Of a stretch of DNA of 64,000 nt, positions 24,161-37,984 are shown piece by piece. The translations under genes were made by a program, and so were the position numbers. This DNA is from Octopus sinensis (taxonomy: Eukaryota), in the NCBI RefSeq assembly GCF_006345805.1, contig NC_042997.1:43524001-43588000 (forward strand). The letters run 5' to 3'. Position 1 is the first letter of the stretch. Each line of letters starts with the position of its first letter. The notes under the pieces were generated by a model. The model was not told the DNA's origin, ran no database searches, and saw nothing but the letters and a program-made list of their open reading frames with translations.

Positions 24161-24459
24161 CAAAGGAGGGAGTGGGGTTGTTGTTGGTGGTGGAGAATGT
24201 AATAATACAAAAGCAGAACAAATAATGCGTGCACCTATAAACCTGTTCAGCTATATGATAACTGACGTAATCTTTGATTAAGTAGAATGTTAACCCAACC
24301 ACACCAGGACTAAAACAAATTAAAACTGTAGCCGTGAGACAAGATTGAAACCACTTCATCCGTTTCTCTTTCCTACTTTCAGTGCTGACTCATTACAAGA
24401 AGACTGCTGTCATAACTTTAAGAAAAAAAAAACGATCAAAATAAAATGAAAATGTTTCT

Positions 24460-24830
24460 TGATTTAGGCACGAGGATAGCAATTTGTAGAAGAGATGGGG
24501 CCAGGCGATACCTTCGAACCCAGCATTTGATTGTTACTTTATTTTATCGATTCCGGAAGGATGAACGGCAAAGTTGATCTCAGTTGCATTTGAACTTAGC
24601 TAATGGTTTCTGATTTAGGTACAAGGTCAGAAATTTGGTGAGGAACTAGTTAGTCGATATCATTGACCCGAGTACTTGACTTGTACTGTATTTTATCGAC
24701 TGCGAAAGGATAAAAGGCAAAGTTCAACCCGGCAGGAGTTGAAAAGTATAGAGTCAGAAGAAATACTGCAAAACATTTTCCTCCACCCTGTCATAATTTT
24801 GTCAGATCGCAGCACTGAAATAGAAATAGA
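24460..24830 (-). mobile_element. Two old family C SINE copies
   Basis: TTTATCGA..CCGGAAGGATGAACGGCAAAGTTGA motif twice. Confidence 0.65.
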
Positions 24831-24917
24831 ATATGATAGAAATAAATTAAAATAAAAATGTCCCCTAAAGATCTAGTGCAGGCATTCGTAGACGAGGTAA
24901 GAATGGTTTGGTAATAT

Positions 24918-25338
24918 ACTCTTTTTACTCTTTTACTCTTTTACTTGTTTCAGTCATTTGACTGCGGCCATGCTGGAACACCGCCTTTAGTCGAGCAAAT
25001 CGACCCCGGGACTTATTCTTTTGTAAGCCCAGTACTTATTCTATCGGTCTCTTTTTGCCGAACCGCTAAGTGATGGGGATGTAAACACACCAGCATCGGT
25101 TGTCAAGCAATGCTAGGGGGACAAACACAGACACACAAACACACACACGCATATATACATATACACATATATACGACGGGCTTCTTTTCAGTTTCTGTCT
25201 ACCAAATCCACTCACAAGGCTTTGGTCGGCCCGAGGCTATAGTAGAAGACACTTGCTCAAGGTGCCACGCAGTGGGACTGAACCCGGAACCGTGTGGTTG
25301 GTAAACAAGTTACTTACCACACAGCCACTCCTGCACCT
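24918..25338 (-). mobile_element. Family B SINE, full length
   Basis: Near-identical to 5142-5547 and 46465-46884. Confidence 0.92.
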
Positions 25339-25395
25339 AATATGTAATTTGATTTACCAGAAGTTTAGTTCCATGTCAGTCCTCATTGTGTAGAC

Positions 25396-25882
25396 CAGTG
25401 GTTCTCAAACGGGGTCCACACGACCCCTGAAGATCCATATAAGATTTGGGTGGGTTGGGGAGGGCACGCTAGCAAAATAGTAAATTGGCAATCTACTGTA
25501 GTATTTTAAAGGTCCATGAACAAATTTCGCCTTAGATGTTTTAATTGCATGAAACAGCTCGATTTCTTTCCATGACGTTTTGTGGAGTTCAACCGACACA
25601 AGTGAATATGTGATACACAAAATGAGAATGTTGAAAGACAAATCAATAAAACTATTTTTAAACATCAAAAGGTTATGGGGTCCACCAGAGTAAAAGGGTA
25701 AACAAAGGGGTCCATAGATATCCCCGAGAACTACGTTAAGGGTACACGTGTCTGTGGAGTGCTCAGCCACTTACACGTTAATTTCACGAGCAGGCTGTTC
25801 CATTGATCGGATCAACCGGAACCCTCGTCGTCGTAACCGACGGAGTGCTTCCTTCCAGATAAAAAATGGTCGAGAAACACTT
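25396..25882. mobile_element. hAT (Charlie-type) MITE, 8-bp TSD GTGTAGAC
   Basis: CAGTGGTTCTCAAAC ... GTCGAGAAACACTT; TSD 25388-25395 and 25883-25890; nested family A 3' fragment 25718-25852. Confidence 0.85.
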
Positions 25883-25979
25883 GTGTAGACCGATCATCAA
25901 ATGCGTTCCAACAATAGCCATCCATTCATTTTTCCCCGGACACCTTGTCTCTTGAACTATATTACCAAAAGTGTCTTAC

Positions 25980-26087
25980 CTATTTTCTTTTTAAGATGAG
26001 CGGACATGATTTGCAGGCGATGAGCTTTAGTTTTTATTTCTCGCATTTCAGCTAACAACATAGAATCTCCCGCATTGATTTCTAATT
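25980..26087 (-). CDS. Candidate internal exon of an unidentified host gene
   Basis: Donor ATAG|GTAAGA; 108 nt, phase 1-1, ELEINAGDSMLLAEMREIKTKAHRLQIMSAHLKKKIG; alternative acceptor at 26200. Confidence 0.3.
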
Positions 26088-26914
26088 CTATAAGCTGGCG
26101 CATGCAGTGGGATGAATAACAATACCAAGGGAATGAATTCTCGACCGGGTGCAATTCTATGGAGGCAGAATTGTGAAAATGTTTGCTTCCGGGTACTAAA
26201 CTGAAATGTGACAGACGTGACAAAAGAAGGAAAAGCAGATTCTATCGATAAAATTTGGGAGGGAGTGGAAGAGAGTCAGCAAGTTTAGAGAAGTATCGGT
26301 AGAAGAGATATTGATGACACAGTCCATTGGTGAATCATTGGTTGTAGTCTGTTAGTGACTGGAGTTTTGTTTTACGATTAATAATATTACAGGATATGAC
26401 CAAGAATTTGAGTTTACGTATGTACTGTGCGTGCGTGCGCGCGTGTGTGTGTTATTAAATGAGAGAAGTAGTGGCAGAATAAGTGATGGGTAGCTAAGAG
26501 ACTCTGCTGGGTTCAATTAGCGACCAATTAAAGAATTAGTGACTGGCCAATGTATAACAAGGAGTTATTGTGATATATAACGTTTATATCAATAATTAAT
26601 TTTCTATTTACAATTTCGAGTAAAATTATTATCTTAAAAGAACATTGCTCAATGGGTCAAAGTTTGGCAGTTTATATTGTCTCTCAGCTTTATTAATTAG
26701 ATTTTCGACCTTAGAACAAGCTGACCAGCTAAAGAACTGGGACAGGAGTTTATGCTATTACTTCTTAGGAACTGGAGAACTATGAGTCGAGATCTAAGGA
26801 CGACAAAAGCATAATTTTCAATATCCCGGTTTACTTAAAGGAAATGAATGTCGACAGAGTTTTTGTACAGCAGGGGGTTATTGTTGCACATTTTTGTGGT
26901 TTTGTATTTTACCT

Positions 26915-27130
26915 TTTACTTGTTCCAGTCATTGGACTGTTGCCCTGCTGGAGTATCACCTGGAAGGGTTTATTCGAACAAATCAAGCACGGTACTAATT
27001 TTTAAGTTTGGTGTTTATTCTACTGGTTTCTTTTTTGCCAAACAGCAGAGTTACAGTGACGTAAATAAACCAACACCGGTTGTCATGCGATGGTAGAGGG
27101 GAAATAAAAACACTAAAACGCAATCAGACA
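26915..27130 (-). mobile_element. Old family B SINE 3' half
   Basis: Diverged TTTTACTTGTTCCAGTCATTGGACTG... Confidence 0.65.
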
Positions 27131-27371
27131 TATATACATCCATGCTTTTCGAGATCCCCTTCTTCTTATCAAAGTAGTTGCTCTCCATCTCATTCTAGCG
27201 ATGACAGAGTTGGTTTTTAGGAGCATTAATTCAAAGTACGTCCTTTTGTTGTTCGATCCCCCTTCGGGTGGTCTCCTTTCATCCAAATTCCCTGTCCCGT
27301 ATCAATGTAAGAAATCCTTATGAATTGTGGTAGCTGCAAGGCTCTGACAGCAAACTGCTACTTTAATATCT

Positions 27372-28196
<825 letters not shown>

Positions 28197-29219
28197 CTTT
28201 ACTTTTCTATGAAACCCGTGCTTCACATTCAAGCAATCGACTTTTCCTGAACGAATCTAAAATTGTATAAAAGCTTAATGGTGGTTGGCGGCTTCACAGC
28301 AGCGATTTCCTTTTTCTTTATTTGCTCTTTGAGAAGTCTTTCAGTTAATTTGCTTTGGATTTTGTTTTGAGTATCTGACTCACAGATGTCAAATCTATGA
28401 CTTTTTTTTTTTTGGTAGTGGTGGGTGAGGATGCGCTGGAAGACCTCTTTGATTGAATAGATTTTTCTTTACCTGGCTCTGTTTACTGAATTGTCAAATA
28501 TAACATTCCAAAATTGTTTACATCTAGATATACATCAAGCAGAAGCAAATACACACAGCTTGTCGGTATTCGTTTGTGAATCACATATGTCACATAAATA
28601 AGTTTTGAAGCTCTTTTCTCTGGTGAACGTTTTGGTTCATTCGATTATACTACAGTTGAAGCATACGCCTGCTTTAAAAAATTATTGTAGAATTATTCTA
28701 TTTACTCAGTTTATATGGAGTTACACAGTTTTGTTTTTAGAAGCAATCTCAACCTGTGATATATATATATATATTTTGTCTCATCCAACATATTACACGT
28801 GAGAAGTTTACTCTTATCCTCGCCTATGCATTTGTGAGTGTAGACTTCTCAATAAGATTAGTCTTCCAGTTTCTTGATGTTTTAGCATTGTAAACATTGC
28901 ATACAAATCATACATGAATTTTAGAGGCTTGACAACTCTAATGTTTATAATGTTACAGAAATCAATGAAAAATTTTGTAGAGTCACGAATGTTTTCAATA
29001 TATTGTTATATTCCAAAGTCAATGGTCTCTGCTTCACAGTCACAATTTATACTAATATTCAAAAATTGTCGTATTAGCTTCGAGCTTATTTAAGTTATGC
29101 CGTTTCAAATTGAGTTCCTCTTGATAACATGCAAATAGCAGAATATTCCCAAACTAAAAATAAAATTTCCATCCAGGTGGCTGAGTTTTCCGAAGATCCT
29201 TTCTCCTCCTTCACTCTCT

Positions 29220-29507
29220 GTGGAAGCACTCCGTCGGTTACGACGATGAGGGTTCCGGTTGATCCGAATCAACGGAACAGCCTGCTCGTGAAATTAACGT
29301 GTAAGTGGCTGAGCACTCCACAGACACGTGTACCCTAAACGTAGTTCTCGGGGATATTCAGCGTGACACAGAGAGTGACAAGGCCGGCCCCTTGAAATAC
29401 AGGTACAACAGAAACAGGAAGTAAGAGTGAGAGAAAGTTGTGGTGAAAGGGTACAGCAGGGATCACCACCATCCCCTGCCGGAGCCTCGTGGGGCTTTAG
29501 GTGTTTT
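29220..29507 (-). mobile_element. 5'-truncated family A SINE, TSD CCTTCACTCTCT
   Basis: TSD 29208-29219 and 29508-29519. Confidence 0.95.
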
Positions 29508-30439
29508 CCTTCACTCTCTATCTCTAGTGAGGTCAGCTTTTATTCCAATCTTCCGATTCGATAGAATTGATGATTAACTCCAGATCTGTGATCTTCGATT
29601 GTTTACTAATTCTATGATTACTGTTTTTCTTTTTGGCCTTCGATTTTGTCAAACTTTTATTGGAAATGATATTCGGATGATATTTAATGAAAATGACAGG
29701 AATGATATTCCTGAAAATTTAAGAAGTTGTGAAAACAAACGATTTGCTAAAGTCGTATCTAATATTATGTTATACCAGAACATTCGATTAGAAAAATCGT
29801 TCGAACGTCGGACAAAATGCCTTGCATCATTTATTCCGACTCTTTAGGTTCTGAGTTCAAATATTGTCGAATTCAAATTTGCTTTTCGTACTAGTTAGGT
29901 ACTGAATAGATTTTGTTGACTGACGATCCGCGACAAAATGCAATGGGGAAAGCATGGCTTAATGGAGCCTAAATCCCCATCCAATCGCAGGATCCCGAAA
30001 ATAAGTGGGGTGAGTGATATGCTCGGAGTACACTGCCATCACACCAATACTATCTGTCTGCCTAGACCCCATCAAAAGGAAAGGTTTATGGCTTTATTTT
30101 TATTGTCCCTAATTTATTTACAGCTTTTAATAGAAAATGTACCTGGTTTTTACCTTGTTTCTCAGAACGTTAAGCAGTCTTTGCTAATACAAGTGAAACG
30201 AACTTAGTGATGTGGGGTGTGTGCAATATTCTCGTGCACTTGGGTGCACAAAGCAATCACTCACTAGCCGTTGCTTAATAATCCAGAATTCTACTAGTCA
30301 GAAACAACAGGACGCAGACGTAAAATATACATATAATACTTTATCTCTTTCTTGGTAAACAATAACAATAAGTGTGTTATCTGATGTCTCTACGGGCGCG
30401 CACCCGTATAAGTTAATAGATTGTAATATTTACAATGTC

Positions 30440-30920
30440 CAGCCCAAAAACAGAAAGGGGTCAAAATGGCGTCGAACAGGGAAGTTGAAATGTGGTCGGC
30501 AACAATTTGGTTAAAGGTATTTCGGCCGACTGCTGCTAGAATCAAGCCCGACGGAGAGAGAATATACGTGTGACCGTCGCCTTCAATCGCTGGTTCCCAA
30601 GTCATTGGCTGCTGCTGCTAGCGGTCAAACGTTCTACGACCCCCTTGCCTCGCTAACTGCTACGTAGGCAATAGGGTCGTGCTACCGGTGGTTCGCGCAT
30701 GCGCGAGAGGGGCCTTCCTTTCTGTGCCTTGGTAAAGGCACCAACACGCGCGAAATACAAATGGGCGGTGCGCGAGCGTGCGCCGTTGTCGGATCACTAC
30801 ACAAGCTTTCCTGTTTTCTCACACGATGATCTTTCAACAACACACTAAAAGCTGACGTCGTCATGAATTATTCAACGAACCCACTACTTAGAGTAGCAAT
30901 CTGTTCTATCACGTGCTAGT
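30440..30920. promoter_or_regulatory. Candidate CpG-rich promoter
   Basis: CAAAATGGCG (YY1-like) 30462, TCGCGCATGCGCGA (NRF1-like) 30693, GGGCGG 30763, TGACGTC 30853, CACGTG 30910. Confidence 0.5.
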
Positions 30921-31033
30921 ATTGACAGTTGAATAAAGTGAATAAATCGAGAGTTAAGAAACTTGTATGTAATGGCATGATACGGTGCTAAAGTTGAAAT
31001 ACAAATCGTCGATTATATTCAGAAGGGCGAATC

Positions 31034-31271
31034 GGCGGCGAGCTGGCAGACACGTTAGCACGCCGGGCGAAATGCGTAGCCGTACTTCGTCTGTTGTTAC
31101 GTTCTGAGTTCAAATTCCGCCGAGATCGAATTTGCCTTTCATCCTTTCGGGGTCGATGAATAAAGTATCAGTTTCGCACTGGGGTCGATGTAATCGACTT
31201 AATCCCTTTGTCTGTCCTTGTTTGTCCTCTCTATGTTTAGCCCCTTGTGGGTAATAAAGAAACAAGTATTT
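31034..31271 (+). mobile_element. Family C SINE, full length, TSD AGAAGGGCGAA
   Basis: TSD 31021-31031 and 31272-31282; Deu/Nin central domain. Confidence 0.93.
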
Positions 31272-31679
31272 AGAAGGGCGAAAAGCTCGTGTTAATAGAT
31301 GTGTCACAGACTATATTGAAGCATGACACAAGATTGGTGGATCATTCAGGGCGCTGTTAATACAAGCATTATTAAAGGAGTGAGGGGCTGTCCACTCCGG
31401 TGGGTATCTTTTTGGGAGCGGCACATAATTATGCTGTGTTCTTTTTGTGAGTTGATGGTGAAAACTCCCGGAATGCCCTGAGTAGCACAGGCTATAGCTG
31501 CTTAATACCAGAAAATAAATACCTAAAACTTTAAAATAAAATAATTAACAAATGATGCCACAGATAAAGGCTGTCAAACAATTCCACAGATTTAGTCAAA
31601 GATCATAAAAAATAGAAAAGATAAGAAAAGAAAGAGACAAGAAACATGCAGCAGTCACTGCATTTAAGTAAACAGAGTT

Positions 31680-32370
31680 CGATTAAGACCTACACTCCAA
31701 TTGTGCAATCGTCCCTACATTCCTTTGTCTTAAAATGACTTAGACTTCGAGTATAGAAACCCTACAGTCCAATGGAACGAACAGGTTCTACACTCTACTT
31801 GAGTAAACAAGACCTACATTCCAAGTGAGAAAGCAAAGTCTACCCTTTAATTGAATAAACAGCTTCTACATCTAATTTAATAAAGAAGACCTACTCCCTC
31901 GATTGAGTAAATGAATCCCTGTACTCCAAATGGGTAAACAAAGTCTACCCTCCGAGTGAGTTAGATCTTCTCTCCAATTAAATAAAGACTGCACATTAAT
32001 TGTATATACAAGACCTACACTCCAGCTAAACAAAATTTATATACACTTCAGTTGACTATAGAAGACTTACACTCCACTTGTGTAAACAAAGACAACACTC
32101 CAGTTGAGTAAACAAGACCTACACTCCACTTGAGAAAACAAAGACAAAACTTCATTTGAGTAAACAAGATTTACATTCTACTCTGAAAAACAAAGACGCC
32201 ACAATACTTCAATTGAGTAAACAAGATCTACACTCCACTTGAGCAAACAAAGACAATACTTCAACTGAGTAAACAAGATCTACACTCCACTTGAGCAAAC
32301 AAAGACAATACTTCAACTGAGTAAACAAGATCTACACTCCACTTGAACATACAACGATCACACTCCAATT
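31680..32370. repeat. Minisatellite, ~26-bp monomer with 52-bp dimer
   Basis: ATCTACACTCCACTTGAGCAAACAAAG + ACAATACTTCAACTGAGTAAACAAG; exact copies at 32226-32345, decaying leftwards. Confidence 0.85.
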
Positions 32371-32859
32371 TGTTATGATTATCTGAAGGATTGTTTCCGA
32401 TTTTATTTCATTCAAACCGTGCATTTTACATGTTTTCAAGAACAAAAGAACATAGAATACAATCCAATGCCTGCTGATAGTCTATCAATATTGTTTAAAT
32501 AATATCTTTGTCTCCGATAGTTTTCAGTTTGTAAGAGAAACGACTCTTAAATCTATGGCAAAAAAAGAAGTAAAAGAAAAAATAAAACAAACAAACCAAC
32601 GGATATAATCTTTGACTAGACATGTTTTTTGGGGAAAAATAAATAAATGATAATTTCAATTTTGTGTATATGCGATTTTATCGACCTCAGATATGCAAAG
32701 TATGTTCCTGGGAGGATTGAAATGCAGGAACATGAAGTATCATTATTACAGTGGATATGATGAGAAATCTATTTTGAAATATCTACCCTTCCTACTAATC
32801 TACCCGACAATGTGTGTGTGTGTACACATAAGTACTTTTATTTGTATGCGTGTGTGTGT

Positions 32860-33286
32860 ATGTACGTATGTATGTATGTGTATATATGTATGTATATATG
32901 TATGTATCTTTGTATGCATGCATGTTTATGTATGTATGTATGTATGTATGTATGTATGTATGTATGTATGTATGTATGTATGTATGTATGTTTATGTATG
33001 TATGTATGTATGTATGTATGTATGTATGTATGTATCTTTGTATGCATGCATGTTTATGTATGTATGTATGTATGTATGTATGTATGTATGTATGTATGCA
33101 TGTATGTATGTATGTATGTATGTATGTATGTAGGTATGTATGTATGTATGTATGTATGTATGTTTATGTATGTATGTATGTATGTATGTATGTATGTATC
33201 TTTGTATGCATGCATGTTTATGTATGTATGTATGTATGTATGTATGTATGTATGTATATGTATGTATGTATGTATGTATGCATGTT

Positions 33287-33320
<34 letters not shown>

Positions 33321-33430
33321 TGTATGTATGTATGTATGAATGTATGTATGTGTGTATGTATGTATGTATGTATGTATGTATGTATGTATTATGTATGTAT
33401 GTATGTATGTGTATGTATGTATGTGTGTGT
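32860..33430. repeat. (TATG)n array with a thrice-repeated variant block
   Basis: TATCTTTGTATGCATGCATGTTTATG near 32905, 33033 and 33196. Confidence 0.97.
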
Positions 33431-33534
33431 GTGTACAGATACATACATGCAAAGGTGTGTGTGTATGCGTGTGTGTACGCGTGTGCGTGAGTGTATGTGT
33501 GTGTACGCATATATACGTGTTTGTACGCGTATTG

Positions 33535-33744
33535 GTAAAGCGGTGAGCTGGCAGAATCGTTTAGCATGTCGGACACAGCGCTTTGGGTATTTCTTCCAGT
33601 TCTTTACGTTCTGAGTTCAGATGCCGCCCAGATCAAGTTTACTTTTCATCCCTTGGGGGTCGGTGAAATAAAGTACTAGTGAAGTATCGGGTACGGTGTA
33701 AACCGACCACTTGTCCCCTCCGTTCTAAATTGCTGGCCTTGAGC
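33535..33744 (+). mobile_element. Family C SINE, diverged
   Basis: GCGGTGAGCTGGCAGAATCG head; tail interrupted by the next element. Confidence 0.75.
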
Positions 33745-34138
33745 CAAGACCGGATTAAGATCCATCGAAGCCCTGAGCACTTAAAATATTTTGGTGCCCC
33801 CATAAGAGATTATGTATTTCAAAATATAGACAATAACACACCATAAAATATATATTTATTTTTCAAAACGAAACAAAACAATAAGAGGGAAAATAATGTT
33901 TATTTTTGTCTACTTCCATTTTATTTCGATTTGAAAAGTTTCCTCCTACTTTTATGAATTGCAAAGTCTTTGATCAGATCCTCAGAATTAATTTTTGGTA
34001 AGGTATTCCGAATATTATTTTAGCAAGTTTAAGTGATTTCTGTTGCGCCGTAAACCATTTACCATTTCTGTGGCGCCCCCGCTTTCCCTTGATGCCCTAA
34101 GCATGTACTTATTTTGCTTAATGGTTAACCCAGCGCTG
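33745..34138. mobile_element. hAT-type MITE, 8-bp TSD CCTTGAGC
   Basis: TSD 33737-33744 and 34139-34146; ends CAAGACCGGATTAA and TTAACCCAGCGCTG. Confidence 0.8.
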
Positions 34139-34576
34139 CCTTGAGCCCCGCAACGGGTTGGCGTCCTGTTCAGGGAATATGTTGCTATCCCGGTCACTTA
34201 TACGCCATGGAAAGTGGGCAAGCGAGCTTATAAGTCCCAGGAACTAAAAAAAAAAAATGAATGTGTGTGTGTGTGTATATATATATGCCTTCGAAACACG
34301 CTATGTCTGCTAGCGACAGCTGATGAAGGGGATTTTTCCTTGTGCAGCATGTCCTGTACTTCGTTTTTCCGCTGTACATAATTGTTTTTCCCGTTTTCGT
34401 TTCGTCTTGTTCCTTCTGTTGTAACAAAATGGCTTTTCCGTTTTCGTTTCTGTTGATTTTTACGTCTTCTTGTGGTGTCCTGTACGTATATATATATTTA
34501 TATATGCATGTCTATATACATGTAGATGTCGGTACGTACATATATGTTTGTATGTATGCATATATTTTATTTATTA

Positions 34577-34632
<56 letters not shown>

Positions 34633-35269
34633 ATATATATAAATGTGTATGTATGTATGTATGTATGTATGTATGTATGTATGTATGTATGTATGTATGT
34701 ATGTATGTGTGTGTGTATGTATGTATGTATGAATATAGGTATGTTTTTTCTTTGAGTTTAATTCAAGTTCTTCTTGAGAGAGCTCAAATCGGTCGCTAAC
34801 AAAGCGACAAGACGTCTTGAGTCAAGAGAATTCCCGCTGTTTGTAAATATGTGGTTGAGTTGGTGTGTTGAGCTGTCGATGCATTCACCCAAGTGTGTGC
34901 ACCTATTCACATAAGAATCTCAGATGAATAATTTTTGGAATGTCTTACAAATCTTCACTGTGCCAATAATAGATTGGATTTGGAGAATCCAATCTATCAT
35001 TGCAACTTTTTTGCTCTTTTTCTGTGGAACCTAGTATTTCAAGGTGTGTACGTATGTAAGGCCGGAGGCCATTTGAATCAGACGAGTCGCCTGTACAACT
35101 AAGCGCTTTATAAGCGCGAAACCAATGGTCACTTTCTGACCGGCCATAACTAACAACCTTCTAAATGTACAACTATATACTACTGGTCTAATGTTTTTGA
35201 GTGTGCTTCTTTTTCGGATATTCGAACTACCGACTGATATATATTTATATATATATATATATAGGGAGA

Positions 35270-35444
35270 ATTCACGAAAAAAAAAACAAAACAAAAGATG
35301 AAGACAGGCGGTGTAGAAAACAAGCAGATGTATTAGTATAACGCACGGGAACTGAAAAAGTCTTTAACGTTTCGAGCCTACACTCTTCCACAGACAAGAA
35401 CACGGAAAGAAACAAGGAGAAAAAAATGTGTGTATTGACTACCG

Positions 35445-35445
<1 letters not shown>
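35270..35445 (-). mobile_element. Penelope-type terminus with degenerate hammerhead (35362-35397)
   Basis: Minus strand CTGTGGA-A-GAGT(gtag)GCTC-GAAA-CGTT-aaag; homologous to 49560-49735. Confidence 0.65.
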
Positions 35446-35475
<30 letters not shown>

Positions 35476-35534
35476 TGTATGTATGTATGTATGTATGTAT
35501 GTATGTATGTATGTATGTTGTGTTTCTGTGTGAA

Positions 35535-35571
<37 letters not shown>

Positions 35572-35937
35572 ATATAGGGGAAACAATTTTTTTTTGCCTA
35601 AGCGCATTACTAGTATTTATTAATATGATCAGCCACAAAATACAAAATTTGGTTATATGCTGAGATTAGAAATGAAAGATGTGAATGAGACATTTAAACC
35701 CTAGGACGTCCACACTGAGTCTCCAGAAGATTTGTCATTGCATTACTTTCTTCCCACAGCGACTGGTTTCTTATAACAACAAGAATACTGAAATCTATCA
35801 AGGTATGGCAAGGGTTGATGTTCATGCATTTCCCGAAAGCAATAAATGTCTTCAGCGAAGTGCTTTATTGCTTTCTTACATTGATACCAGGCGTCGTATT
35901 TACGTTTAAACGAAAATAGAAGAGTGTGTTGCTCATA

Positions 35938-36337
35938 TCTTTATATATAAAAGAGAGGTTGTGTGTCTGTCTGTCTCCTACGATTTAGATTCCTAACTAC
36001 TCCCACATTTTGCGGTGCAGTTTAACCAAAACCGGGTATCTTATAGTCGTGATTCATATCGAGTCCTTCTGGGTATTAGCGTGCGTCTACGATGAGTCTA
36101 CAATTTAAAAAAAAATTTACCATCATTTTTTTCCATTTTAATGCATTTTTTCGCTATTATATAAGGGAAGTAACTCTCTAAAAATGTCTACGATGAGTCT
36201 ACGATTAAAAAAAAATTACCATCATTTGTTTTCCATTTTTAATGCATTTTTTGGCTATATTTTGGCTATAACTCTCTAAAAATGCTTATATAGTTATTTC
36301 CCTTACAAACCCGAGCAACGCCGTGCGATACTGCTAG
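35938..36337 (+). mobile_element. Non-autonomous Helitron, family H1
   Basis: A|TC ... hairpin CTAG|T. Confidence 0.87.
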
Positions 36338-36379
36338 TATTACATAAGAACGTTATCTGTAGACACAGGTATAACTGTA

Positions 36380-36690
36380 TGGTTAAAACGTTCACTTCAC
36401 AACCACGAAGTCTTGTATTCGATAAGACCACATGGCTTGTTGGATAAATGTATTTACTATAGCCTTGGGGCGGTTTAAGTCTTTTGAGTAAATATTAGCA
36501 ACCGGAAGCTGTATAAAAGTCCGACGGATGGACTGTTCGTGTGATTTAAAGATCCAGCCTTGTGACACCTTTGACACGCATATTCTACCTGAGACGACGT
36601 TAAGGTTGCACATGACTGTGGAATACCCAACCACATGCACACTAGTGAACAAGTTGCTCAGTTGACGGAACAAGTAAGCGTTCGCCCATC
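36380..36690 (+). mobile_element. Old hybrid SINE (B head + A 3' domain)
   Basis: TTTACTATAGCCTTGGGGCGG (B-like) then CCAGCCTTGTGACAC...GACGTTAAGG...GTGGAATACCCAACCAC (A-like). Confidence 0.55.
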
Positions 36691-37953
36691 AAAATTGACA
36701 TAACAGTCCATCAAGGACATTATCAATTGTAAGCGAAGATGGCTATAATCTGGAATTAAGACCAGATCGTGAACTTAGATCACTAGACACATGCTTCTAG
36801 CACATGGTTTTTTCCCCATTCATATTTATCTGAGAGAAAATATCAGTTTCAATATATGTGGTCTGTGAACAGTAAAATATATTTTTGAGAGATGACATAA
36901 CAAAGACTAAATAAAAGGAAAAAAATGTGTAAATTATAATGCCATGCATATACTTCACTCTTCCTTACAATATAACAATTATATTTTTTTAGAAAAAGAA
37001 CAAATATTTTTTTTATGCAATCATTTATTAATTCCAGCGTACTTGAATGGTTTTAAAATGAATAAAAGAACCTCCTTTCTTACGTTATTTTCTTTTTCCT
37101 GCTGTAAGATTCTTTCATTGTAGAATTTCTACAGAATCAGTCACGTAGTTAGAATATTTTTAATGTCTCTTCTAACAATGCTGCCATCCTACCGTTTTCA
37201 TAATTTGTGTAATTTTTATATTACTTGGAAATAATTCCTTTCCAGGTTCTAGTTTCTCTTTGAGAATTGTCACCATTTTACCACTTTTATATTGCTTTAT
37301 TGTGTTTTTTCGTTGATTTTCTCAGTGCTTTGACACGGCTTCGCATTGTTCAATTATTTACGTTATCAATACATCAATTTCTCGATTGTGTCTTATGCTA
37401 TCTTCCAAGAGAAGACAAATAAGAATACGTGCTGTTGGCACACAATTCACGCATCTATCTCGGTTATTACAATTTCTAAAGCACAGTTTCATTCAATCTG
37501 TATACGTTTATTATACTAATATCAATATTTTACCTACGGATTTCTGATAGCTGCGGACTATCATTCTATTTGCAGTGCTGTCGCTAATTTCACCAGTACA
37601 TCCAGTTTCAATGAAATATGAAATATTCCCTGTACATATATATGGTTTAAAATGTGAAATGTCTGAAAGCGAACAATGGCATATTATCAATCTTGCTTTG
37701 GCTTTGTATCAATCTTGCTCTGATTTGTGGGAGAATTTGTTCAAATTTTGTCCGTAAAGATCAGTAAAAACAATTTTACAGGCAATCATATATCGCTATA
37801 CGAGTGCCTATATAAGAATAGATAACCATTGATTCACATATTGATATAGAAAGAAAACAGATAGTACATCCATGAATTCATGCAAGCATACGCATGAAAG
37901 CAATTATATGACTATTGTTGTGAGATGGAGACATCTCACACGCACACACGCAT

Positions 37954-37984
<31 letters not shown>

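Noticed and set aside
31680-32370. CRISPR-like periodicity
   Set aside because: No unique spacers; units are contiguous degenerate monomers in eukaryotic DNA.
35085-35145. GAAAC-CAATG-GTC hammerhead half
   Set aside because: No CUGANGA at a compatible position upstream.
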